Positions 51,471 through 58,939 of a stretch of 64,000 nucleotides of DNA are shown one piece after another (positions within the stretch are counted from its first letter, which is position 1; every line of letters starts with the position of its first letter). Position numbers and translations under genes: made by a program. This stretch comes from an uncultured delta proteobacterium. Its GTDB lineage: Bacteria > Myxococcota_A > UBA9160 > UBA4427. Location: the NCBI GenBank assembly GCA_963822965.1, contig CAWGJT010000008.1, positions 32,001 through 96,000 on the forward strand, in the 5' to 3' direction. Below the pieces are notes generated by a model that saw only the letters and a list, made by a program, of their open reading frames with translations, was not told where the DNA came from and searched no databases.

Positions 51471-52115
51471 TCAGCCGGGCTCGCCCCAACGCTCCCAGTA
51501 GGTGATCTCTCTTGCTCCCCTTCGCGGTGCGGGGGCCAGCACCGCGTCCCGCATGTATCCCACCGGCAGCAGCACGGTCTGGGTCACGTTCTCCGGGATG
51601 CCCAGCAGCGAAGCCACCTCGCGTTCGTGCAGCAGGTGGAGCGAGGTCCAGGTGGATCCAATGCCGCGCGCTCGCAGCGCCACCATCAGCGACCAGGCGG
51701 CGGGCAGGATCGAGCCGTAGAAGCCCACCTGTCGGGCGAGGCTGCCCTCCGGGCGCCCGAGCATGCACACCAGGATGAGGGCGGGCATCTCGTGCAGCCG
51801 AAGGGCGAGCTCGCGCTGGGCGCGCCGAAGCGGCGGCGGCTCCTCGCCGGATCGGCGGGCCTGCTCGGCGCGCACCTCGCCCAGCCGGTCGAACGCCCGG
51901 CGATAGACCTCCGCGACGCGAAGCTTGCCCTCGGGCTCGCTCACCACCACGAATCGCCACGCCTCGCGATCCAGACCCGTGGGCGCCTGGGCGGCGATGT
52001 CGATGCAGCGCTCGATCACCTCCCGGGGCACGGGACGGCTCCAGTCGATGCGGCGGCGGACCGAACGGGTGGTGGTCAGAGCGAGGTCGACGGATTCGGG
52101 GTGGGGGATGTCCAT
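51471..52115 (-). CDS. Nitroreductase family protein
   Basis: TTRSVRR, AQAPTG...WRFVVV, GIGSTWT, LLPVGY. Confidence 0.9.
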   Translation of the reverse strand: MDIPHPESVDLALTTTRSVRRRIDWSRPVPREVIERCIDIAAQAPTGLDREAWRFVVVSEPEGKLRVAEVYRRAFDRLGEVRAEQARRSGEEPPPLRRAQRELALRLHEMPALILVCMLGRPEGSLARQVGFYGSILPAAWSLMVALRARGIGSTWTSLHLLHEREVASLLGIPENVTQTVLLPVGYMRDAVLAPAPRRGAREITYWERWGEPG

Positions 52116-52212
52116 GTCCCGATGCTACCCGCGCCGCCGGCGATCTCCTGCCCTACCCTGCCTGCCGGTCGAACCGCGCCGCCTTCCCCCCGGCAGCCCT
52201 CGGGAGCCGGTC

Positions 52213-52863
52213 ATGATGTCTCGAATCCTCTCCTTTCTGCTCGTGGTGCTCGTCGCGATCAGCGCCTTCGCCGCCTACCGCCTGCTCGAGGCGAGCCTGG
52301 CCGCGGAGGTCTACCGCGGGCGCCTGGCGGAGCTGGCCTCGGACTACGAGGCGCTGCGCCAGCGCTACAACGACGCGGTCCGCAGCACGGCGGTCACCGA
52401 GCTGCTGGTCGAGGACGGCAAGCTCACGGTGGTGATCCGAACCGCCGAGGGCGACCTCCAGTCGCTGGCCTCCCCGTTCGATCCCAGCAAGGAGATCTAC
52501 GTCGACTACGTGGTCCACGACGGCCGCCTGTGGATCCGCCGGCTCTTCGACGAGGACACCCCGCCGGGGGAGGGCATGGTGATCGATCCGCGCTTCGTGC
52601 ACGTCGACTGGGACCTCGAGAAGGCGGGCCACGGCAAGGCCGCCTATCGATCCCTGGGAGAGGGGCGCTGGGTGGTGGACGTCACCGGCGACGGGTCCCT
52701 CGGGCTCACCCGCCGCGAGCCGGGCGAGGTGGTGCGCCTCGAGCCTCCGCCCCCCGTGCGAAGGTACGAGCCGGTGGAGACCGAGGTGGACGAGACACTG
52801 GGATCGATCCGCCCGACGGAGGCTCTCGAAGCCCTGGCGCGCCAGCTCGAAACGGGCGCCTGA
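52213..52863 (+). CDS. Hypothetical membrane-anchored protein with coiled coil
   Basis: GGGAG RBS; N-terminal TM, coiled segment, beta-rich domain. Confidence 0.75.
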   Translation: MMSRILSFLLVVLVAISAFAAYRLLEASLAAEVYRGRLAELASDYEALRQRYNDAVRSTAVTELLVEDGKLTVVIRTAEGDLQSLASPFDPSKEIYVDYVVHDGRLWIRRLFDEDTPPGEGMVIDPRFVHVDWDLEKAGHGKAAYRSLGEGRWVVDVTGDGSLGLTRREPGEVVRLEPPPPVRRYEPVETEVDETLGSIRPTEALEALARQLETGA

Positions 52864-52878
52864 GAGAGAACGCCCGGG

Positions 52879-53049
52879 GGCCCCTGGGCGGTCGGTGCCC
52901 GGTCGGATCTCTTCGCCCCCGCCTTCGGCGCGGAGTCGCTCCGCTGGGCGCTGGTCTCGGTCCTCGCCACCAGCGCCGTCGGCGTGGGCGCCCTGTTCGC
53001 GGCGGGGAGCAGCCTGCGCGAAGAGCTCGCGCGGGGCCGCGCGGGCTGA
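52879..53049 (+). pseudogene. Orphan C-terminal fragment of an MFS transporter
   Basis: GPWAVGARSDLFAPAFGAESLRWALVSV...SLREELARGRAG* matches the GP..VG.LSD...G..SLR.AL TM11-12 end of spinster-like MFS proteins; no start codon or upstream MFS body. Confidence 0.6.
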
Positions 53050-53093
53050 ACGAAGAGGGATGGGCGGAGTGGCTCCGGTGCGCCCGCGGTGGC

Positions 53094-54278
53094 TCAGCAC
53101 CCGGCCCGGACGCTGCGGGCGAAGTCGAGGGTTCGGACGGCGATCGAGGGCCAGGCGTGGTGCGCCCGCAGGTGACGGCGGGCGGACTCTCCGATGCGCG
53201 TGGCGCGGGAAGGGTCTGCGTGCAGCACCTCGAGGGCGGCGGCCAGCTCGCCGGGACCGGCGCCCTCGTCGAGCAGCCAAGCCGTGCGGTCGTGGACGAG
53301 ACCGGGCGCAGCGCGGCGGAAGGCGACGATCGGGCGGCCGGTCTCCATGTAGTTGAGGAGCTTGATGGGGAAGCCGCCGGGGCGCCGGCGCGTGGCCACC
53401 AGGCTCTCGGCGGCGAAGAGCAGCGCGCGGACGTCCGCGAAGGAGCGCAGCTCGACCACGCGCAGGTGCGGGAGGCGCTCGGCGCCGCCCCGGGCGTCGT
53501 GGGTGGCGACGACGACGGGGGGCGAGCCGGACGGCCGTCGTGCGGCTGCCGCGTCGAGCAGCGCGAGGTCCTGGTAGCCGTCCAGGTTGCCCGTGTAGAG
53601 CACGAATCCGCCGGGCTCGAGGCCGAGCCGGCGGCAGGCCTCGCGCATCGCCGGGCCGTCCGGCGCTCCGAGCGGGCCATGGCCGGGCGGGATGACGCGG
53701 ATCTCGCAGCGCGCGTGCGGACCCAGCAGCTCGCGCGCGTCCTCGCAGAGGGCCAGGATGCCGTCGGCGCGGCGCGCGATCCAGCCGTCGATGCCGGCGC
53801 CGAAGCGGTCGACGATGCGCGTCCACGAGGGAGGCCCGTAGGTGGAGAGCTCCCGTCCCAGGATGGTGTGGGCCACGTAGACGACGGGCACGCCGGTCAG
53901 CGGGCGCGCCGCGATCGCCGCCACGGCTGCCTCGGCGTTGTGGGCGAGCGCCACATCGAACCGATGCCGGCGATGAGCCGCCCGGTAGCGCAGCGCCAGG
54001 GCCGCGTCGGCCAGGGGCTTCTTCCAGCTCGGACCCGATCGCGCGCCGGCGGGACACAGCGCCGGCGCCGCCACCACGTGGGGGATGCCCTCCCAGGTCG
54101 CCGTCGCGCCCGAGCTCGCGGCCGTCGCCAGCGGACCCGTGATCGCGCGAGGAAGCGGATACGTGACGAGGACCGGCCGGGCTCCCGCGTCTCGCAGCGC
54201 CCGCGCCTGGCCCGCCAGGTAGACCTGGGAGCCCTGCGGGAGCGGGAACGGAAACGCGCCGACGAGGGCGACGCGCAT
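53094..54278 (-). CDS. Glycosyltransferase family 4 (GT-B)
   Basis: FPFP..QGSQ, YTGNLDGYQ, FPIKLLNYM..GRPIVA. Confidence 0.9.
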   Translation of the reverse strand: MRVALVGAFPFPLPQGSQVYLAGQARALRDAGARPVLVTYPLPRAITGPLATAASSGATATWEGIPHVVAAPALCPAGARSGPSWKKPLADAALALRYRAAHRRHRFDVALAHNAEAAVAAIAARPLTGVPVVYVAHTILGRELSTYGPPSWTRIVDRFGAGIDGWIARRADGILALCEDARELLGPHARCEIRVIPPGHGPLGAPDGPAMREACRRLGLEPGGFVLYTGNLDGYQDLALLDAAAARRPSGSPPVVVATHDARGGAERLPHLRVVELRSFADVRALLFAAESLVATRRRPGGFPIKLLNYMETGRPIVAFRRAAPGLVHDRTAWLLDEGAGPGELAAALEVLHADPSRATRIGESARRHLRAHHAWPSIAVRTLDFARSVRAGC

Positions 54279-55112
54279 CAGGGGGTCGCGACGGATCCGC
54301 CGCCCTCTGCGCTTCCGTGCGCCGCGCCCGGGTCCGGGTCCTCGCGCGCGGGTGCGAGCAGAGGAGCGCGCCGCAGGTCACGGTACAGCGACGACAGCTC
54401 GATCACCGCGCGCAGCAGAACGCGCGGCCGGGCGCCGGTGGGGCTGCCGTGGGCCCGGCGCCGGTGGCTGACCGGCACCTGTCGGATGCTGGCGCCGAGC
54501 GCCCGCGCCCGCACCAGGATCTCGGTGTTCACGAAGGCGCCGACGGACTGGATCGGGATGGCGTCGAGCACCGGACGGCGGAAGACCTTGAACGCGCAGT
54601 CGATGTCGCGCACGCGCAGGCCGAAGAGCGCCCGCACCACGAGGCCCCAGGTGCCCGCGATCAGGCACCGGGGCCAGGGGTCGCGGCGCCGGAAGCGGTA
54701 GCCGGCCACGATGTCGCACTCCTCGGCGTGGGCGAGGAGCCTTTCGAGCTCGTCGAGGTCGAACTGCAGGTCCGCATCGCTGAAGAAGACGAGCTCGCCC
54801 GTGGCGTGGCGCAGACCCGATCGCAGGGCGGCTCCGTACCCCGTGTTGACGGCGGTGCCGCACCATGCGAACGCGCTCGTCCCGCAGACACCACGCGTCG
54901 ATGATCGCCGCGCTGCCGTCCCGGGAGCCGTCGTCGACGATCACCACCTCGAAGTCGCGCGCGAGCCGGGCGCCCACCGCCAGGGCGGACTCGATCACCG
55001 CGCCGACGGTGCGCTCTTCGTCGAAGACCGGAAACACCAGGGAAAGGGCCGGCCGGGCCGCATGCGGCGGCGGAATCGGGGTCGGGCGGGCTTCGGCGGT
55101 CGCGCTCGTCAA
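54278..55112 (-). pseudogene. Glycosyltransferase family 2 with a single-base frameshift (real or sequencing error)
   Basis: N-half LSLVFPVFDEE..VDDGSRDG; after VRH one extra base near 54854 shifts frame into VNTGYGAALRSG...FSDADLQFD...DIDCAFKVF. Confidence 0.85.
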
Positions 55113-55151
55113 GGGATTCTTCTCTTCGGGAGCTTGGGCTCGGGTCGCGCT

Positions 55152-56873
55152 CTACTCGAGATAGCCCAGGACGCGCAGGCGTTCCGCGACGAGGGCGTCC
55201 TCTTCGGGCGTGTAGGCGCGGGCTGCCGTGTGGGGGCTGCCGGAGTCGGTCGGCTCCCACGGGATGCCCATCCGGTCCAGCAGCCACGGGGCGACGTCCA
55301 CGAGCGCCCGGGGCGGTGAGCCGATGGTGCCGTCACCCGCCGCATGTCCTGCCGTCGCGACTGTGGCGTGTCCTGCCGTCGCGACTGCGGCGTGTCCTGC
55401 CGTCGCGACGAAGACACCGTCCGGCCGGTGGGTGCCGTTCATGCCGCGTCCACGACCTCCGGCCAGCTCGTCGTCGTGCAGCCGACGCACCGATCCTCCC
55501 GTCTCGTCCCAGGGCGTCGGGACGAGGGACAGACCGTACCCCCGGTCGAGCGCCAGCTCGACCACCACGTCCGGCGCCCGCTCCCGGAACGGACCCGCGT
55601 ACACGTCCTCCCGACGGCGGGCCCGTGCCACCACGGGCCCGCCGTCGGGCAGCTTCCAGTCGAGCAGGGCGTCGATCACCCGGTCGCGGGTGGCCTCGTA
55701 GTCGGGCTCCTCCACGCAGCCCCGGCCCTCGCGCCCCGCCAGGTTGATCCAGACCCCGGGCTGGGTGTTCGCCTCCTCGGAGAAGGCCCGGGTGCGGGCC
55801 CAGTCGAAGCCTCCGAAGCGCACGCTGCTCTCGAGGCGCGCCGCGGCTCCACGCGCGCGCCGGAAGACGGCCTGGGCCAGCGCGGGCGGGAGCAAGCGGA
55901 CCGCCGTGTCCCGCGCGCGCCGCGAGAGCAGCGACAGGCTGCCGCCGGCCCGTCCCTTGCGGGCAAGCAGACCGCACTCCGAGAGCCGGCGATTCAGGTG
56001 CACGACGTAGCGGGAGGCTCCGCCCATGCCGTGATCCGACAGCACGACGCAGAGGGCGTCCGTCCCGAAGGCGTTCCGGATCTCGCCGCAGGCGGCGTCC
56101 AACCGCTCGTAGACGGTCTCCACCGCCCGGCGGCGCACCGGGTCGGCCCGGGGGTCGTGGCGCGGTGAGGCAGGATCGTGATCCCGCCAGTAGTGATGGC
56201 CGACGGTGTCGCTCTCGGAGAAGACGATGGTGGCGAGGTCCGGCCGCCGGCCGCTCTGCTCCTCGAGGACCCGCAGCGCCTCGAGGCAGAAGCGCGTCTT
56301 GCCCTCGATGCGCTCCAGCAGGGTGCCGACGGCGCGCTCGTGGAAGTCCCCGCCGGTATCGCTCTCGGAGAGCCCCGGTCGCATCCACGGCCCGGCGCGC
56401 TGGGCGATCCGCCGGTAGAGGTCGGGGTCGCTCGCCGAGCCCTCGTCGGTGCCGGCGGACACGGGAGCGTCGAAGCCCGTCACCAGCAGGCCCGAGACGG
56501 GCTCCGGGGGATGCGTGGCGGGCATGCCGAGGGCGAGCACCTGCCCGCCTGCCCGGGACACCCGCGCGAAGATCGAGGCCCCGGATCGGTCGGTCGCGTT
56601 CACGAAGCGCACGCGGTACTCGCCCGGCAGCTTCTGGGTGAAGTCGAAGATGCCATGCTCGCCCGGCTCCCGGCCCGTCAGGAAGCTGGTCCAGGCCGGA
56701 AAGGTGACCGGGGGAACGGTGCTGCGGAGGAGCCCGGATCGGCCCCCGGCGATCCAGCGGGCGAGGTTCGGCAGTCGTCCCCGGGCCACCAGGGGCTCGA
56801 TGACGTCGAAGGTCGCGCCGTCCAGCGCGAGGACGAGAACGGGCCGCAGGCGGGGCTCGGGGATGGTCGACAT
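55152..56873 (-). CDS. Alkaline-phosphatase-superfamily nucleotide pyrophosphatase/phosphodiesterase-like protein
   Basis: LDGATFD, STVPPVTFPAW, HGIFDF, SDHG, H...G.F, C-terminal RLRVLGYL. Confidence 0.9.
   Translation of the reverse strand: MSTIPEPRLRPVLVLALDGATFDVIEPLVARGRLPNLARWIAGGRSGLLRSTVPPVTFPAWTSFLTGREPGEHGIFDFTQKLPGEYRVRFVNATDRSGASIFARVSRAGGQVLALGMPATHPPEPVSGLLVTGFDAPVSAGTDEGSASDPDLYRRIAQRAGPWMRPGLSESDTGGDFHERAVGTLLERIEGKTRFCLEALRVLEEQSGRRPDLATIVFSESDTVGHHYWRDHDPASPRHDPRADPVRRRAVETVYERLDAACGEIRNAFGTDALCVVLSDHGMGGASRYVVHLNRRLSECGLLARKGRAGGSLSLLSRRARDTAVRLLPPALAQAVFRRARGAAARLESSVRFGGFDWARTRAFSEEANTQPGVWINLAGREGRGCVEEPDYEATRDRVIDALLDWKLPDGGPVVARARRREDVYAGPFRERAPDVVVELALDRGYGLSLVPTPWDETGGSVRRLHDDELAGGRGRGMNGTHRPDGVFVATAGHAAVATAGHATVATAGHAAGDGTIGSPPRALVDVAPWLLDRMGIPWEPTDSGSPHTAARAYTPEEDALVAERLRVLGYLE
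55345..55409. repeat. In-frame 24-nt tandem repeat (about 2.7 copies) encoding VATAGHA(A/T)
   Basis: TGTCCTGCCGTCGCGACTG(T/C)GGCG at 55345, 55369 and partial at 55393. Confidence 0.9.
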
Positions 56874-57060
56874 GGCGATTCCGGGCTCCTATAGTAGTCC
56901 GCCCTCGGGTCCGGCCGCTGCCGGCCCACTCGAACTACGCTGCCAACACCCCGGCGAGCTCAGAGCGCAAAGGCGCGAAGGCGCAAAGGGCGAAACGGCT
57001 TCCCGCCAGGCAGGTGGGAGCGCGCCTCCGGTCCGGCAGCCTCTGGCGAGGAGAACACCC

Positions 57061-57708
57061 ATGGCAATCGAGCTGTTGTGCCGAAAGATCGGCATGACGC
57101 GGGTCTACGACGAGGCCGGACAGGCGATTCCCGTCACCGTCCTCGAGGCCGGCCCCAACGTGGTGGTCCAGCAGAAGACGCAGCAGACGGACGGCTACGA
57201 CGCCCTTCAGCTCGGCTTCGGGGATCGGCGCGAGAGCCTCTTCACGAAGCCCGAGAAGGGTCACTTCGACAAGGCGGGGGTGGCGCCCAAGCGCCACCTG
57301 CGCGAGAGCCGGGTGGACGCCGAGCAGGTGGCCGCGCACGTGCCGGGGTCGGAGATCACCTGCGCGATCTTCGAGCCGGGCCAGTACGTGGACGCCGTCG
57401 GCACCTCGAAGGGCCGGGGCTTCGCGGGCGTGGTCAAGCGGCACGGCTTCCCGATCAAGAAGAAGAGCCACGGCACCCACGAGTCCTTCCGCCACGGCGG
57501 CTCCATCGGTGCGGGCAGCTTCCCGGGCCGGGTCATCAAGGGGCTCAAGATGGCCGGGCACATGGGCGACGAGCGGGTCACCGTGCGGAACCTGCAGGTC
57601 GTTCGGGTGGAGCCCGACCGCAATCTGGTCTTCGTGCGCGGCTCGGTGCCGGGCCATCGCGACGGCATCGTCGCCCTGCGGCCGGCCGTCCTCTGCCTGA
57701 AGAAGTAG
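57061..57708 (+). CDS. rplC: 50S ribosomal protein L3 (uL3), stand-alone
   Basis: KIGMTRVY, DGYDALQLGF, SKGRGFAGVVKRH, GSIG...PGRV.KG.KMAGHMG, GSVPG; GAGGAG RBS. Confidence 0.97.
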   Translation: MAIELLCRKIGMTRVYDEAGQAIPVTVLEAGPNVVVQQKTQQTDGYDALQLGFGDRRESLFTKPEKGHFDKAGVAPKRHLRESRVDAEQVAAHVPGSEITCAIFEPGQYVDAVGTSKGRGFAGVVKRHGFPIKKKSHGTHESFRHGGSIGAGSFPGRVIKGLKMAGHMGDERVTVRNLQVVRVEPDRNLVFVRGSVPGHRDGIVALRPAVLCLKK

Positions 57709-57714
57709 CCCCCG

Positions 57715-58326
57715 GTTTCCCGCTACCAGCGAAAAGACCACTTCCACCAGCGCGCCAAGCGTGAGGGCTACCGCTCCCGGGCGGCCTACAAGCTGGCCGA
57801 TCTGCAGAAGCAGCATCGCCTGCTGCGAGCCGGGCAGCGCGTGGCGGATCTCGGCTGCTGGCCGGGCGGCTTCCTGCAGGTGGCGGCGGAGATCGTGGGT
57901 CCCCGTGGGGTCGTCGTGGGAGCGGATCTGGCTCCGGTGGAGCCGCCGCTCGAAAACGAGAACGTGATCGCAATCCAGGGCGACCTCGGGGATCCCCAGA
58001 TTTGCGAACGCATTCTCGAAGCCCTCGGAGGGCATCCCGCCGACGTGGTCCTGTGCGACGCGGCTCCCAAGCTGACCGGCGTGCGCGACGTCGACCGGGC
58101 CGCCGAGGAGCGGCTGCTCGAGGCGGTGGAGGGACTGCTGCCGCCCCTGCTCGCGGCCGGCGGCGATCTGCTGCTCAAGATCCTCGAGGGTCCCGAGGCC
58201 CAGCAGATCGATCGACGCATCCGGCAGGCCTTCGAGAAGGCGCGCACCGTGAAGTCGTCGGCCACCCGCAAGGGCAGCAGCGAGCGCTACCTCGTGGCTC
58301 GCGGCTACCGCCCGCCGGTAGACTGA
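57715..58326 (+). CDS. rlmE: 23S rRNA Um2552 methyltransferase RlmE/FtsJ; no canonical start codon
   Basis: DHFHQRAKREGYRSRAAYKL, DLGCWPGG, CDAAP, LKI, SSERY (K-D-K-E tetrad); same frame as rplC; only CCC CCG GTT TCC between TAG and the conserved region. Confidence 0.9.
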   Translation, partial: VSRYQRKDHFHQRAKREGYRSRAAYKLADLQKQHRLLRAGQRVADLGCWPGGFLQVAAEIVGPRGVVVGADLAPVEPPLENENVIAIQGDLGDPQICERILEALGGHPADVVLCDAAPKLTGVRDVDRAAEERLLEAVEGLLPPLLAAGGDLLLKILEGPEAQQIDRRIRQAFEKARTVKSSATRKGSSERYLVARGYRPPVD

Positions 58327-58416
58327 GGCCGACGACGCTGCAAAGCCGGCGCCGGCGCGCACGCGCATCCGGGTCGGCCGTCATTCCAGGAGCCCCATCC
58401 GAGGAGAGAGCCTTCC

Positions 58417-58893
58417 GTGTCCGATCGTCCCTTCCGTGTTCTCGGCATCCAGCAGATCGCAGTGGGCGGCGTGGACAAACGTTCGCTGCGCGAGTTCTGG
58501 ATCGACACCCTCGGCCTCTCCGATGAGGGCAACTATCGGAGCGAGTCCGAGAACGTCGACGAGGACATCGCGGCCATCGGGTCCGGTCCGTTCAAGGTGG
58601 AGGTGGATCTCATGCAGCCGGTCGATCCGGGCAGGAGTCCCCGAGTGCACGAGCCGGCACTCAATCACGTCGGGCTCTGGATCGACGATCTCCCCGCGGC
58701 CGTGGAGTGGCTGACCGGCCGCGGCGTGCGCTTCACGCCCGGTGGCATCCGCAAGGGAGCTTCCGGATTCGACGTGTGCTTCATCCATCCGAAAGGCAAC
58801 GACGCGTCGCCGATCGGCGCAGCCGGTGTGCTCGTCGAGCTCGTGCAGGCGCCGCCGGAGGTCCGCCAGGCGTTCGAACGCGTCGCCGGCTGA
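58417..58893 (+). CDS. VOC/glyoxalase family protein (methylmalonyl-CoA-epimerase-like)
   Basis: [37 protein letters not shown]. Confidence 0.88.
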   Translation: MSDRPFRVLGIQQIAVGGVDKRSLREFWIDTLGLSDEGNYRSESENVDEDIAAIGSGPFKVEVDLMQPVDPGRSPRVHEPALNHVGLWIDDLPAAVEWLTGRGVRFTPGGIRKGASGFDVCFIHPKGNDASPIGAAGVLVELVQAPPEVRQAFERVAG

Positions 58894-58939
58894 ACGTGCG
58901 GTGTCCGCGTTCGACGCGGACGCCGCGGAGGAGCTCGCC

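Noticed and set aside
51334..51960. 200-aa N-terminal extension of Mfd in the ORF track
   Set aside because: Arg/Pro/Ala-rich, overlaps the nitroreductase gene in another frame; real start is likely near 51333
57706..57708. Pyrrolysine or genome-wide amber recoding as the explanation of the rplC-rlmE junction
   Set aside because: TAG is a normal stop for many genes here (e.g. 174, 6156, 8447, 17721) and no pyl genes are visible
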